Source: Candidatus Methylomirabilia bacterium
GTDB taxonomy: Bacteria > Methylomirabilota > Methylomirabilia > Rokubacteriales > CSP1-6
Assembly (NCBI GenBank): GCA_041496385.1
Contig: JBGQEL010000011.1
Coordinates: 1-64,000 of the forward strand
Length of the DNA stretch: 64,000 nucleotides
Reading direction: 5' to 3'
Shown here: piece after piece, positions 20,726-34,675 of the stretch
How the letters are laid out: each line of letters opens with the position of its first letter
How positions within the stretch are numbered: position 1 is the stretch's first letter
The notes under the pieces: generated by a model
The model's database searches: none
What the model was told of the DNA's origin: nothing
The model's input: the letters and a program-made list of their open reading frames with translations, nothing else
Translations under genes and position numbers: made by a program

Positions 20726-22429
20726 GTGCGCCGGTCGAGGTCGCTGCTCCCGACGCTTCGGGAAGATCCCGCCGACGCCGACGCCCTCAGCCACCGTCTC
20801 ATGCTCCGCGCCGGTCTCGTCCGTCAGCTCGCCGCCGGCATCTTCGTCTGGCTGCCCCTCGGCCAGCGCGTGCTCGACAAGGTCAACGCCATCGTCCGCG
20901 AGGAGATGAACGCCATCGGCGGCCAGGAGATCACGATGCCCGTGATCCACCCCGCCGAGATCTGGAAGCAATCAGGCCGCTGGGACGGCATCCCCGAGAT
21001 GTTCAAGCTGAAGGACCGTCACGGGCGCGAGATGTGCCTCGGCATGACCCACGAGGAAGTGATCGCCTGGCTCGCGTCGCGCGAGATTCGCTCCTACCGC
21101 GACCTGCCGCAGATCTGGTACCAGATCCAGACGAAGGAGCGCGACGAGGCGCGGCCCCGCTCGGGCGTGCTGCGGACGCGCGAGTTCGTCATGAAGGATT
21201 CCTACACGCTCGACCCCGACGACGCGGCCCTCGATCGCTCGTACGACGCCCACGCGGCCGCCTACCGGCGCATCTTCGAGCGCTGCGGGCTCCGCATTCA
21301 CGTGGTGCAATCCGACACGGGAATGATGGGCGGCCACAGCGCGCACGAGTTCATGGCGCCGAGCGCGGCCGGCGAGGACGAGATCGCGATGTGCGCCGCG
21401 TGCGGCTACGCCGCCAACGTGGAGCTGGCGCGCTCCGTGCCCACGCCGCCCGCGTTGCCCGCCTGGACGCGCGAGGAGGTCGCCACGCCGGGGGCGCGGA
21501 CGATCGCCGAGGTGGCGGCATATCTGAACATCGATCCGCGCCTGACGATCAAGTCGCTCCTCTATGTGGCGCCGAAGGCGGGACCCGTGCTCGTGCTGGT
21601 GCGGGGCGACCACAGCCTGCACGAGCGCAAGCTCCTGCGCGCGGTCGGCGAGGAGTGCCGCGCGGCGCATCCGGACGAAGTCCGCGAGCACCTCGGCGCG
21701 CCCGTCGGCTCGGTGGGGCCGCTGGGAGTTCGCGTGCCGATCATCGCCGACGAGACGCTGCGTCAGGGGACCTACGTCGTCGGCGCCAACCGCGAAGGCT
21801 TCCACGTGCGCGGGGTGACGCCCGGGCGCGACTTCGAGTGCCGCTTCGCCGACCTCCATACCGCGGTCGCCGGCGAGGGGTGCGGGCAGTGCGGCGCGCC
21901 GCTCGCCGTGGAGCGGGTGATCGAGGTCGGGAACATCTTCAAGCTCGGCACCAAGTTCTCGGAGGCGCTCGGCGCGACCTACCTCGACGAGTCGGGGCGC
22001 GCGCGCCCCGTGGTAATGGGCAGCTACGGCATCGGTCCCGCGCGTATCGCGGCCGCGGCCGTGGAGCAGCTCGCGGACCAGGACGGCATCGTCTGGCCCT
22101 GGGCGATCGCGCCCTTCCACGTCTACGTCGTTCCCGTCTCCGTCAAGGACAGGGCGCAGCTCGGAGCGGCCGAGGAGATCTACGCGCAGTGCTGGAAGCA
22201 AGGGCTCGAGGCGGTCCTCGACGACCGCGACGAGCGTCCCGGCGTCAAGTTCAAGGACGCGGAGCTCCTCGGCATTCCCGTCCGCGTCACCGTCGGCAAC
22301 TCCTTCGTCAAGGAGGGGGTCGTCGAGGTCAGGAGCCGCCGCACGCGCCAGGAGCGCCGGGTCAGCGTCGACCAGGTCGTCGCCGCGACGCGCGCGCTCC
22401 GGGGCGAGGAGTCCTCGACGTCGACGTAG
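20726..22429 (+). CDS. proS: proline--tRNA ligase (bacterial type with editing domain)
   Basis: SHRLMLRAG, MTHEE, RPRSGVLRTREFVMKDSY, EVGNIFKLGTK, MGSYGIG, PGVKFKDAELLGIP. Confidence 0.97.
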   Translation: MRRSRSLLPTLREDPADADALSHRLMLRAGLVRQLAAGIFVWLPLGQRVLDKVNAIVREEMNAIGGQEITMPVIHPAEIWKQSGRWDGIPEMFKLKDRHGREMCLGMTHEEVIAWLASREIRSYRDLPQIWYQIQTKERDEARPRSGVLRTREFVMKDSYTLDPDDAALDRSYDAHAAAYRRIFERCGLRIHVVQSDTGMMGGHSAHEFMAPSAAGEDEIAMCAACGYAANVELARSVPTPPALPAWTREEVATPGARTIAEVAAYLNIDPRLTIKSLLYVAPKAGPVLVLVRGDHSLHERKLLRAVGEECRAAHPDEVREHLGAPVGSVGPLGVRVPIIADETLRQGTYVVGANREGFHVRGVTPGRDFECRFADLHTAVAGEGCGQCGAPLAVERVIEVGNIFKLGTKFSEALGATYLDESGRARPVVMGSYGIGPARIAAAAVEQLADQDGIVWPWAIAPFHVYVVPVSVKDRAQLGAAEEIYAQCWKQGLEAVLDDRDERPGVKFKDAELLGIPVRVTVGNSFVKEGVVEVRSRRTRQERRVSVDQVVAATRALRGEESSTST

Positions 22430-22446
22430 CCGCGGCCGAGCCGCGC

Positions 22447-22475
22447 TTGCGTCAATTCCGGATACGTGCTAAATT
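22447..22475 (+). promoter_or_regulatory. sigma-70 promoter of the rimP-nusA-infB operon
   Basis: TTGCGT (22447-22452), 17 bp, extended -10 TG-c-TAAATT (22467-22475). Confidence 0.6.
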
Positions 22476-22479
22476 CCCG

Positions 22480-22511
22480 AAAAAGTGGGCGTTGCCCGCT
22501 TTTTTTAGTTT
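22480..22511 (+). terminator. rimP leader attenuator hairpin
   Basis: AAAAAGTGGGC-gtt-GCCCGCTTTTTTT: stem plus U-tract just after the promoter and upstream of rimP; matches the conserved rimP leader terminator. Confidence 0.7.
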
Positions 22512-22538
22512 TGCCCACGGGCAGGGGGAAAAGCCCAC

Positions 22539-23006
22539 ATGGACGACGCGGAGCGGACCGACCAGATCGAGGAGGTGGTCACGCCCGTTCTCAGCGATCA
22601 CGGGCTCGAGCTCGTGGACATCGACTGGCGCCCGCTGCGGCCCCGCGGGCTCCTGCGCGTGTACGTCGACAAGCGCGATGGCGTGGGAATCCGCGACTGC
22701 GAGCTGGCGAGCCGCGAGCTCGGCGACGTGCTGGACGCGGCCGCCCTCATCGAGGGCGCGTACGACCTGGAAGTGTCGTCGCCCGGGCTCGACCGTCAGC
22801 TCCGGAAAGATCGCGAGTACCGTTGGGCGGTGGGCAAGCGCGTGCGGTGCTGGCTCGCCGGGGGCGGTGATACACGGGGACGGCTGACGGACGTCGATCC
22901 CGACCGGCTCGTGCTCGAGCGGGACGGCGAGCGGATGGAGGTTCCACGCGCGACGGTGGTGAAGGCTCGCCTGGAGGCGGAGGTCCCCTGGCCCCGCAAG
23001 GCGTAG
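22539..23006 (+). CDS. rimP: ribosome maturation factor RimP
   Basis: LRVYVDK, DCELASR, YDLEVSSPGLDR; directly upstream of nusA. Confidence 0.95.
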   Translation: MDDAERTDQIEEVVTPVLSDHGLELVDIDWRPLRPRGLLRVYVDKRDGVGIRDCELASRELGDVLDAAALIEGAYDLEVSSPGLDRQLRKDREYRWAVGKRVRCWLAGGGDTRGRLTDVDPDRLVLERDGERMEVPRATVVKARLEAEVPWPRKA

Positions 23007-23030
23007 AATCCCGGATAGGTGCCGGGTCCA

Positions 23031-24343
<1,313 letters not shown>

Positions 24344-24347
<4 letters not shown>

Positions 24348-24607
24348 CCCGCGAGCCCGCCCGCACCTGTCTCGGCTGTCGCCGCGTGCGGCCGCGCGGC
24401 GTCCTCGTGCGCCTCGTGCGGCGCGGCGACGGCGTGGTCACGGCGGACCCTCGCGGCTCGGCGGTGGGGCGCGGCGCGTGGGTGTGTCCCGAGGAAGCAT
24501 GCCTCGAGCGCGCGTTGCAGCGAGGTCGGTTGAGTCACGCGTTCCGGAAGCCGTGCGAGGCTGGGGCGGATCTGGCGATGGCAGTGCGAACGGTTCGGGG
24601 GAGGTGA
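24344..24607 (+). CDS. ylxR: YlxR/RnpM family RNA-binding protein
   Basis: [21 protein letters not shown]; canonical position between nusA and infB. Confidence 0.9.
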
Positions 24608-24614
24608 GGGGGCT

Positions 24615-27140
24615 GTGGCAGCGAAGATCAAGCTGATGGAACTCGCGAAGGAGCTCGGCGTGACCAGCAAGGAGCTGATGGTCGCGGCCGACGAGATGGG
24701 ACACAAGGGTGTGCGCGCCATGAGCCCTCTCGACGCCGCGCTCGCCAACGCGCTCAGACTCAGGCTCGGCAAGGGGCGCGAGCTGCCGGAGGAGCCCAAG
24801 CCGAAGCGCGTCGCCCGGCCGAAGGCCGCGCAGGACGCCGCCACGACGGCCGACGGTGCATCGGCGACGAAGCGGCCTGCGCGCTCGAAGCTGGTCGAGG
24901 AGCCCGTCGGCGCGGAGGCGCCCGCCGAGATCAAGCCCGCCGCGACGATCGTGAGGCCCAAGCCGGTGACACCAGCGCCGGAGATCGTGCCGGAACCCCC
25001 GCTCGTCGCCACTCGCGAGCCCGACATCGTCCCGGAGCCGGCGCCGATCGCGCTTGCGGTCGAGCCGCCCGCGGCCATCAAGCCCGCCGCGACCGTCGCG
25101 CCCTCTCCCGCCGCGCCGGCCGTCAAGAAGCCCGAGCCGAAGATCGTGCCGTTCCGCCCGCTGGAGCGTGGAGCGCCGCCGCCGGTAGCGCCGCCGCGCC
25201 CTTCGCGTCAGCCGACCGGGCCGTTCGCGCCACCGCGCGTGACCGCGGCCCCGCCACGGCCCGCGACGCCCCCCGTGCCTGCCGCGCCTCCACGGCCGCT
25301 GCAGCCCGCGGTGCCGGTCGTGCCCGCGGCGCCGGCGCGGCCCGCCGCTGCGGCCGTGCTCGTCGAGGAGCCGCCGGCGCCGCCGGCCGAGGTCAAGCGC
25401 GAGCTGATCCGCGTGCCGGAGTCGGTCACCGTCGGCGAGCTTGCCGAGAAGATGCGGCGCAAGTCGGGTGAGGTGATCAAGACGTTGCTCGAGCTCGGCG
25501 TGATGGCGACGGTCAACGAGATGCTCGATCCGACGGCGGCGAAGCTCGTCGCGGACAAGTTCAACTTCGACGTCGAGGTCCGCTCCGTCGAGGGCGAGGT
25601 CGTCGACGAGGAGGACCTCGACCCCACGCAGCTCAAGCTCCGCCCGCCGGTGGTCACGGTCATGGGCCACGTCGACCACGGCAAGACGTCGCTGCTGGAT
25701 GCGATCCGCAAGTCGCGCGTCGCGGAGAAGGAATTCGGCGGCATCACCCAGCACATCGGGGCGTACCAGGTCGAGACCCGGCACGGCAAGGTCACGTTCC
25801 TCGACACGCCGGGCCACGAGGCGTTCACCGCGATGCGCGCCCGCGGCGCCCAGGCGACGGACATCGTCATTCTGGTCGTCGCCGCCGACGACGGCGTCAT
25901 GCCGCAGACGCTCGAGGCCGTGAGTCACGCACGCGCGGCCAACGTGCCGATCATCGTCGCGGTGAACAAGATCGACAAGCCCGAGGCCGACCTCGAGCGG
26001 GTGAAGCGCGAGCTCGCGAACCAGGGCCTGATTCCAGAAGACTGGGGAGGCCAGACGATCTTCGTGCCGACCTCCGCGAAGAAGGGCACCGGCATCGATC
26101 AGCTGCTCGAGATGACGGCGCTCCAGTCCGAGATCCTCGAGCTCAAGGCCAATCCGAACCGGGCGGCGAAGGGCGTGATCATCGAGAGCCGCCTCGACCG
26201 GGGCCGGGGGCCCGTCGCGACGGCGCTCATCCAGAACGGCACGCTCAAGGAGGGTGACGCGGTCGTCGTCGGCTCGCACTCGGGCCGCGTACGCGCCCTG
26301 ATCGACCCGAGCGGCAAGAAAGCGAAGAGCGCGGGCCCGTCTGACCCGGTCGAGATCCAGGGGATCTCCGGGGTGCCGTCCGCGGGCGACATCCTGGTCG
26401 GGGTCGCCGACGAGCGCAAGGCCAGGCAGATCGCGAACATGCGCGCCGACCGCGAGAAGGCCAAGGGCAAGGCGTCGACGCGCATCACGCTCGAGGGCCT
26501 GCAGAAGCAGATCCAGACGGGCGAGGTGAAGGAACTGCGCCTCATCATCAAGGCCGACGTGCAGGGCTCGGTCGAGGCGCTCGTCGAGTCGCTCGAGCGG
26601 CTGTCCACGGACGAAGTGAAGCTGAGGGTCATCCACAGCTCGGTCGGCGCTGTCAACGAGAGTGACGTCATGCTCGCCTCGGCATCGAGCGCGGTCGTCA
26701 TCGGGTTCAACGTCAAGCCCGAGGCCAAGGCGGCGAGCCAGGCCCAGGCCAACGGCGTCGACGTCCGGACCTACAACGTCATCTACGAGGCGATCAACGA
26801 CCTCAAGGCGGCGCTCGCCGGCATGCTCGCCCCGGAGATGCGCGAGACGGCGCTCGGGAAGGCGCAGGTCCGCCAGATCTTCGTCATCTCCAAGCTCGGC
26901 CCGATCTGCGGCTCCTACGTGGTGGAGGGCAAGGTCACGCGCGGCGTGAAGGTGCGCGTGCGTCGCGGCGACGAGGCGGTGGGAACCGGCACGGTCGGCT
27001 CGCTCAAGCGCTTCAAGGACGACGTCCGGGAGGTGCTCGCCGGGCTCGAGTGCGGCATCGGCGTGGACGGCTTCAACCCGGTCCTGCCGGGCGACGTCCT
27101 GGAGATGTACTCGGTCGAGGAAGTGGCGCGCACGCTCTAG
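24615..27140 (+). CDS. infB: translation initiation factor IF-2
   Basis: [53 protein letters not shown]. Confidence 0.98.
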   Translation: MAAKIKLMELAKELGVTSKELMVAADEMGHKGVRAMSPLDAALANALRLRLGKGRELPEEPKPKRVARPKAAQDAATTADGASATKRPARSKLVEEPVGAEAPAEIKPAATIVRPKPVTPAPEIVPEPPLVATREPDIVPEPAPIALAVEPPAAIKPAATVAPSPAAPAVKKPEPKIVPFRPLERGAPPPVAPPRPSRQPTGPFAPPRVTAAPPRPATPPVPAAPPRPLQPAVPVVPAAPARPAAAAVLVEEPPAPPAEVKRELIRVPESVTVGELAEKMRRKSGEVIKTLLELGVMATVNEMLDPTAAKLVADKFNFDVEVRSVEGEVVDEEDLDPTQLKLRPPVVTVMGHVDHGKTSLLDAIRKSRVAEKEFGGITQHIGAYQVETRHGKVTFLDTPGHEAFTAMRARGAQATDIVILVVAADDGVMPQTLEAVSHARAANVPIIVAVNKIDKPEADLERVKRELANQGLIPEDWGGQTIFVPTSAKKGTGIDQLLEMTALQSEILELKANPNRAAKGVIIESRLDRGRGPVATALIQNGTLKEGDAVVVGSHSGRVRALIDPSGKKAKSAGPSDPVEIQGISGVPSAGDILVGVADERKARQIANMRADREKAKGKASTRITLEGLQKQIQTGEVKELRLIIKADVQGSVEALVESLERLSTDEVKLRVIHSSVGAVNESDVMLASASSAVVIGFNVKPEAKAASQAQANGVDVRTYNVIYEAINDLKAALAGMLAPEMRETALGKAQVRQIFVISKLGPICGSYVVEGKVTRGVKVRVRRGDEAVGTGTVGSLKRFKDDVREVLAGLECGIGVDGFNPVLPGDVLEMYSVEEVARTL

Positions 27141-27164
27141 CGGGCGCCCGCGCCGGAGGGCATC

Positions 27165-27455
27165 GTGACGACGGCGCGCGTGGCGCTTGGGATGGTCGAG
27201 CTCCACCTGCCGGACGTGGCGTCGCTCAAGGACAAGCGGCACGTCCTCAAGGGCCTCAAGGAGCGGGTGCGCGCCCGCTTCGAGGTCTCGGTGGCGGAGG
27301 TCGATCACCAGGACATCTGGCAGCGCGCCACGCTGGCCGTCGCCTATGTCTCCGCCGACGCCCAGCACGCGGGCCAGGTGGTGTCCAAGGCGATGGACTT
27401 CATCGAGGACCACGTCGAGGGACGCGTCATCGAGACGTTCGTGGAGATTCTCTGA
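27165..27455 (+). CDS. DUF503 (YlxP) family protein
   Basis: SLKDKR, RFEVSVAEVDHQDIWQRA; usual position between infB and rbfA. Confidence 0.9.
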   Translation: MTTARVALGMVELHLPDVASLKDKRHVLKGLKERVRARFEVSVAEVDHQDIWQRATLAVAYVSADAQHAGQVVSKAMDFIEDHVEGRVIETFVEIL

Positions 27456-27808
27456 TGCAGGGCAAGCGACTCGACCGCGTCAACCAGCTGATCAAGGAAG
27501 AAGTGTCCACGCTCCTGCAGCGAGAGCTCAAGGACCCGCGCCTCGGCTTCGTGACGGTCACCGAGGTGGCGACCGCGAAGGACCTGTCCCGGGCGAAGGT
27601 CTTCGTCTCGGTGCTCGGCAACGAGGCGCAGTGGGCCGCCTCGCTGGCGGCGCTCGCGAGCGCGCGGGGCTTCATCCGCAACTGGCTCCGCCACCACCTC
27701 GAGCTGCGCGTGACGCCCGAGCTCGACTTCCGCCCCGACCACTCGATGGAGCACGCGGCGCGGATCCAGGCGTTGCTCCGCCATCTCGATTCCGGGCCGT
27801 CCGCGTGA
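27455..27808 (+). CDS. rbfA: ribosome-binding factor A
   Basis: RLDRVNQLIKEE, KDPRL, DLSRAKVF, LRVTPELDF. Confidence 0.95.
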   Translation: MQGKRLDRVNQLIKEEVSTLLQRELKDPRLGFVTVTEVATAKDLSRAKVFVSVLGNEAQWAASLAALASARGFIRNWLRHHLELRVTPELDFRPDHSMEHAARIQALLRHLDSGPSA

Positions 27809-28812
27809 GCGTGCCCGCCGAGCATCGGGGGAGCGTGCCGCCGGAGGCGGTCCTCGCGCCGTTCCGCAAGGACGGCGGCCGCGCGCTCATGCTGGGCCAC
27901 GTCCATCCCGACGCCGACGTGCTCGGCACGCTGCTGGCGCTCGGCCTGGCGCTGGAGGGCCGCGGCTGGAGCGTCGTGTACGGCGGCCCGCACCCGGCCC
28001 CCGCCGCCCTCGGATTCCTGCCCGGGATCGAGCGCTACCGGCGGCTCGACGAGGTCGGCGGCCCCTTCGACCTGGCGGTGCTCACCGACTGCCCGAACCC
28101 GCAGCGCACCGAGGGGCTCATCGACCAGGCGCGTCGCGCCGCGCGGCTCGTCGTGAACATCGACCACCACCCGGACAACCGCCGCTACGCGGACGTGAAC
28201 TGGCTCGATACGGACGCGGCGGCGACGGGCGAGATGGTCCACGAGCTGCTCGACGCGCTCGGCGCGCCGCTGACGCCGCAGATCGCCACCAACCTGTTCA
28301 CGGCGATTCACACCGATACGGGCTCGTTCCGCTACTCCAACGTGACGCCGCGCACGCTCCGGATCGCGGCCGCGCTCGTCGCCGCCGGCGCCGAGCCCGC
28401 GTTCGTCTCCGCGAGCCTCTACGAGCGTCGCGCGCCCGACGCGCTCCGCTGGCTCGGGGTCTCCCTCGCGCGCGTCGAGCTCTCCGACGACGGACGGCTC
28501 GCCTGGCTCGCCCTGCCGGCCGGCCTCGTGCCCGAGGCCTTCGTCGAGTCCGAGGAGCTCGTGAACTACCCGCGCTCGGTCGCCACGGTGCGGGTCGCGT
28601 GTCTGCTCCGCGAGCACGACGGCCAGGTGAAGGTGAGCCTGCGCGGCAAGGGCGACGTGGACGTCCAGAAGATCGCCGCCCGGTTCGGCGGCGGCGGCCA
28701 CCGGAACGCGGCCGGCTGCACCCTGCCGGGCTCGCTCGCCGAGGCGACGCGCGCTGTGCTGGAGGCCGTGCGGACCGCGCTCGACACGCCGGGGGAGGGC
28801 CCCGCCCGGTGA
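27805..28812 (+). CDS. nrnA: DHH/DHHA1 phosphoesterase (NanoRNase / pAp phosphatase)
   Basis: HVHPDAD, NIDHH, TDTGSF, KVSLRG, FGGGGHRNAAG. Confidence 0.9.
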   Translation: MSVPAEHRGSVPPEAVLAPFRKDGGRALMLGHVHPDADVLGTLLALGLALEGRGWSVVYGGPHPAPAALGFLPGIERYRRLDEVGGPFDLAVLTDCPNPQRTEGLIDQARRAARLVVNIDHHPDNRRYADVNWLDTDAAATGEMVHELLDALGAPLTPQIATNLFTAIHTDTGSFRYSNVTPRTLRIAAALVAAGAEPAFVSASLYERRAPDALRWLGVSLARVELSDDGRLAWLALPAGLVPEAFVESEELVNYPRSVATVRVACLLREHDGQVKVSLRGKGDVDVQKIAARFGGGGHRNAAGCTLPGSLAEATRAVLEAVRTALDTPGEGPAR

Positions 28813-29741
28813 GCGTGGCGCCAGGCGGCGCCGGCGTCCTTGTCGTGGACAAAGGGGCCGGCGCCACGTCGTTCGATGCCGTGGCCCTCGTCCGCCGCCA
28901 GCTCGGGATCCGGCGCGTCGGCCACGCCGGCACACTCGATCCTGCCGCGACGGGCGTCCTGCCCGTCCTGCTCGGGGAGGCGACGAAGCTCACCCCGTAC
29001 CTCATGGACCAGGAAAAGGAGTATGTGGCCACGGTGCGGTTCGGCGTGACGACCGATACGCACGACGTCACCGGCCGCGTCCTGTCGGAGAGCCGGGTGC
29101 CGCGGCTCGAGCGGCGCGAGCTCGAGGCGGCGTGCCGGCCGTTCGTCGGGCGCATCAAGCAGGTTCCCCCGATGTACTCGGCGGTCCACCACGAGGGCCA
29201 GCGCCTGTACGAGCTGGCCCGCCGTGGCATCGAGGTCGAGCGCGAGCCCCGGGAAGTCCTGGTCCGGTCGATCGCCGTCGAGGAGGTCGATCGGGTGCAC
29301 GCCACCCTCCGCGTCGTCTGCGGCAAAGGCACCTACGTGCGGGTTCTCGCCGCCGATCTCGGCGCCGCGCTCGGCTGCGGCGCCGCCGTCGAGCGTCTGA
29401 TCCGGTCGCGCGTGGGGCCCTTCACCCTCGCGGACGCCGTCGCCTGGGCCGACCTCAGGACCGGCGAGCGGCCGACGCTGTGGGCGCGCGTCAGGTCGCC
29501 CGAGGCCGCGCTGGCCGACTGGCCCGCGGTGACGCTGGAGGGGGCTGCGGTCTCGGCGTTCACGCACGGACAATCGGTGACCGTGGCGCCCGTCCCCACG
29601 GAGGCCGAGCGCCGAGTGCGCGTGCACGACCGCGCGGGCGCGCTGATCGGCGTCGGCCTGCTCGCCGCCGCCGGCCACCAGGTGAGGCCGATTCGGATCC
29701 TGCATGCAGATCGTCCGGGGACTCCGCTCCTACCCGCCTGA
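28809..29741 (+). CDS. truB: tRNA pseudouridine(55) synthase
   Basis: VGHAGTLDPAATGVL, QVPPMYSA, LYELARRG, CGKGTYVR. Confidence 0.96.
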   Translation: MSVAPGGAGVLVVDKGAGATSFDAVALVRRQLGIRRVGHAGTLDPAATGVLPVLLGEATKLTPYLMDQEKEYVATVRFGVTTDTHDVTGRVLSESRVPRLERRELEAACRPFVGRIKQVPPMYSAVHHEGQRLYELARRGIEVEREPREVLVRSIAVEEVDRVHATLRVVCGKGTYVRVLAADLGAALGCGAAVERLIRSRVGPFTLADAVAWADLRTGERPTLWARVRSPEAALADWPAVTLEGAAVSAFTHGQSVTVAPVPTEAERRVRVHDRAGALIGVGLLAAAGHQVRPIRILHADRPGTPLLPA

Positions 29742-30621
29742 CGCCGGCCCGAGCGCCGTCGCGCTGGGCGTCTTCGACGGCATCCACCTTGGCCACCGTG
29801 CGATCCTCGGCACCGCGGTCGCACAGGCGCGCGGTCAGGGGCTCGCCGCGGTCGCGTGCACGTTCGACCCACACCCGCTCGAGGTGCTCCAGCCGGAGCG
29901 GGCCCCGCTGCCGCTCACGACGCTCGAGGAGCGCCTGGCACTCATCGCCGAGACGGGCATCGACACGGCCGTCCTGCTCGCCTTCACACGGGAGGTGGCG
30001 GCGATGGAGGCCGAGGAGTTCGTGCGCGCCGTGCTGCTCGGGACGCTTCGCGCGCGCGACGTCGTGGTCGGCTTCAACCACCGGTTCGGCCGCGGTGCGG
30101 CGGGCGACGCGGGCCTGCTCCAGCGCCTCGGGGCCGCCCTGGGCTTCCGCGCCCACATCGTGGCCCCCCTCGAGGTGGACGGCATCCCCGTCTCCTCCTC
30201 CGAGATCCGCACGGCCCTCCAGGCGGGCGATCTCGCGCGCGCCGCTCGGCTCCTCGGGCGCCACTACTCGGTGGAAGGCGAAGTCGTCCGCGGCGCGGGG
30301 CGGGGACGGACGCTCGGCTTTCCCACGGCGAACGTGAAGACCGATCGCCCGCTGCCCCTGCCAGCCGGCGTCTACGCCTGCCACGCCCTCGTGGAGCGAG
30401 CCCGCCATCGCGCCGTCCTCAACCTGGGTGTGCGCCCCACCTTCGGCGAGAGCGAGCTCCTCGTGGAGGCCCATCTGCTCGATTTCTCTGGCGATCTCTA
30501 CGGCAGCCGCCTCAAGCTGACGTTCCTCCGTCGCCTGCGCGAGGAGCGTCGATTTCCCGATGTCGAGGCGCTCCGCCGGCAGATCGCCCTCGATGTGGCC
30601 GCCGCACGTCAGGAGACCTGA
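29704..30621 (+). CDS. ribF: bifunctional riboflavin kinase / FAD synthetase
   Basis: [46 protein letters not shown]. Confidence 0.96.
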   Translation: MQIVRGLRSYPPDAGPSAVALGVFDGIHLGHRAILGTAVAQARGQGLAAVACTFDPHPLEVLQPERAPLPLTTLEERLALIAETGIDTAVLLAFTREVAAMEAEEFVRAVLLGTLRARDVVVGFNHRFGRGAAGDAGLLQRLGAALGFRAHIVAPLEVDGIPVSSSEIRTALQAGDLARAARLLGRHYSVEGEVVRGAGRGRTLGFPTANVKTDRPLPLPAGVYACHALVERARHRAVLNLGVRPTFGESELLVEAHLLDFSGDLYGSRLKLTFLRRLREERRFPDVEALRRQIALDVAAARQET

Positions 30622-30630
30622 GGGCTCCGC

Positions 30631-30659
30631 TTTACTTCCGGAAGACCACGTGGTACGCT
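30631..30659 (+). promoter_or_regulatory. sigma-70 promoter of rpsO-pnp
   Basis: TTTACT (30631-30636), 17 bp, extended -10 TG-g-TACGCT (30651-30659); followed by a ~80 nt leader, possibly the S15 operator. Confidence 0.55.
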
Positions 30660-30745
30660 CCGTATCTGTAGGCAATACAAGCGTTTTTGAACCCGTTCGG
30701 GTGGAGCGTGGCTCCCCTGGACGCGGCGATTGGAGGAAGCTTCCC

Positions 30746-31015
30746 ATGCCGGTCACCATCGAAAAGAAGAAGAGCTTGATCGAGCAGTTCCGCGTCCACG
30801 AGGGCGATACCGGGTCGCCCGAGGTGCAGATCGCGCTCCTCACCGAGCGCATCAATGGCTTGACCGATCATTTCAAGCAGCACAGCAAGGACCACCACTC
30901 CCGGCGGGGTCTGCTGATGCTCATCGGTAAGCGCCGGAGTCTCCTCGAGTACCTCAAGGACAAGGACGCAGAGCGGTATCGCTCCATCATCGACAAGCTC
31001 GGAATCCGCAGGTGA
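30746..31015 (+). CDS. rpsO: 30S ribosomal protein S15
   Basis: [36 protein letters not shown]. Confidence 0.97.
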   Translation: MPVTIEKKKSLIEQFRVHEGDTGSPEVQIALLTERINGLTDHFKQHSKDHHSRRGLLMLIGKRRSLLEYLKDKDAERYRSIIDKLGIRR

Positions 31016-31085
31016 CTGAGGGTTCACACCGCACGGCTTGGTCCTCGGACGCAAAGACTCCGGGGGCCCGAGGACAATCTTCCCA

Positions 31086-33227
<2,142 letters not shown>

Positions 33228-33233
33228 AAGGCG

Positions 33234-34505
33234 GTGCCCGTGACCGAGGGCTACCGGAAGAGCGTCCTGCCGAACGGTACCCGTGTCGTCACGGAGCGGA
33301 TGGAACACGTCCGGTCCGTCGCGGTGGGTGTGTGGGTGGAGACCGGCTCGCGACACGAGCCCGAGAGCCGCGGCGGGATGTCCCACCTCATCGAGCACCT
33401 CGTCTTCAAGGGCACCGCGACCCGCACCGCCGAGGAGATCGCCCGAACGATGGACTCCGTCGGCGGGCAGATGGACGCCTTCACCACGAAGGAACACACG
33501 TGCTTCTACGTGCAGGTGCTCGACGAGCACCTGCCGCTGGCCGTGGACCTGCTGACCGACATCCTGCTCCACCCCATCTTCAACGCCGACGAGCTCGAGC
33601 GTGAGAAGTCGGTGGTGCTGCAGGAGATCAAGATGGTGGAGGACACTCCCGACGACCTGATCCACGACCTGTTCGCCGCCCAGCTCTGGGAGGGCCACCC
33701 CCTCGGACGCCCGATCTTGGGGACGCGTGAGGCGGTGACCGCGTACGCCCGCGAGACGATCCTCAGCCACTTCGAGGAGGAATACGTGCCGCCGCGGATC
33801 ATGATCGCGGTGGCCGGCAACGCCACCCACGACCGCGTCGTGGACCTCTTCGGCGCCCCCTTCGACCGCTTCCGGCGGGCGGCCGTCGCGCGCGCGGGCG
33901 GGCCGCCGGTGCAGAGGCCCGGAGTGAACATCGTCCAGAAGACGCTCGAGCAGGTCCACCTCGTGATGGGCTTCCCGGGACTCCACCACGCCGCGCCCGA
34001 GCGGTACGCCCTCTTCCTGCTCAACGACGTGATCGGCGGGAGCATGTCCTCGCGCCTGTTCCAGGAGGTTCGGGAACGTCAGGGGCTCGTCTACTCGATC
34101 CACTCGGGTGTGCAGGCCTATGCCGACACGGGCACCCTCTACATCTACGCGGCGACCGACCCGCCGAACTTCTCGAAGATGCTGAAGTCCACGCTCAAGG
34201 AGCTGCGCGACCTCAAGAAGCACGGGATCACGGCGGAAGAGCTACGTCGGGCGAAGGACCACCTGAAGGGCAGCCTGATGCTCTCGCTCGAGTCCACCTC
34301 CAGCCGGATGAACCGCCTGGCCAAGCACGAGATGCACCACGGCTCGTTCTTCACGATGGACCAGATGCTCGCGGCCGTGGACGGAGTCCGCCACGAAGAG
34401 GTTCAGACGCTCGTCGGCGAGCTCCTCGACGAGGATCGTCTGGCGTTGACCACGCTCGGCCCGCTCGATCGCCGCAACCTCCCGCGAGAGCTCCTGCACC
34501 GTTGA
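33234..34505 (+). CDS. M16 family zinc peptidase (pitrilysin-like)
   Basis: Inverted zinc motif HLIEH, FKGT, GGSMSSRLFQEVRE; usual position after pnp. Confidence 0.93.
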   Translation: MPVTEGYRKSVLPNGTRVVTERMEHVRSVAVGVWVETGSRHEPESRGGMSHLIEHLVFKGTATRTAEEIARTMDSVGGQMDAFTTKEHTCFYVQVLDEHLPLAVDLLTDILLHPIFNADELEREKSVVLQEIKMVEDTPDDLIHDLFAAQLWEGHPLGRPILGTREAVTAYARETILSHFEEEYVPPRIMIAVAGNATHDRVVDLFGAPFDRFRRAAVARAGGPPVQRPGVNIVQKTLEQVHLVMGFPGLHHAAPERYALFLLNDVIGGSMSSRLFQEVRERQGLVYSIHSGVQAYADTGTLYIYAATDPPNFSKMLKSTLKELRDLKKHGITAEELRRAKDHLKGSLMLSLESTSSRMNRLAKHEMHHGSFFTMDQMLAAVDGVRHEEVQTLVGELLDEDRLALTTLGPLDRRNLPRELLHR

Positions 34506-34507
34506 TG

Positions 34508-34576
34508 TTGGGGGGTCCCGAGATGGCCCCCCAAGCCCCCCATTCTCGCGGCTCGATCGAGCTTGGCGCTCGATCG
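34508..34576. repeat. intergenic palindromic (REP-like) element with two hairpins
   Basis: TTGGGGGGTC-ccgagat-GGCCCCCCAA (34508-34534) and CGATCGAGC-ttggc-GCTCGATCG (34554-34576). Confidence 0.5.
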
Positions 34577-34675
34577 CTCTTGCGGACACTCCGAGATACC
34601 TCTCAAAACTCCAGATCTCGCCTCCCGAGCGCGCCGGCTCTTTCGCTCGGACGGGTTTTGCTCTAAGGTGGGGAC

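Noticed and set aside
24780..25400. Pro/Ala-rich low-complexity stretch in IF-2
   Set aside because: Variable low-complexity N-terminal linkers are normal in IF-2 of high-GC bacteria.
24438..27413. Very long antisense and alternate-frame ORFs (e.g. 991 aa here, 835 aa at 37640-40147, 821 aa at 53225-55690)
   Set aside because: Shadow ORFs expected from stop-codon scarcity in high-GC DNA; they overlap well-supported genes and show no family motifs.
34506..34675. Purine, ZTP or PRPP riboswitch upstream of purB
   Set aside because: I could not find the conserved aptamer nucleotides, and the likely -10 lies immediately before purB, leaving no leader. An Rfam cmscan would settle it.
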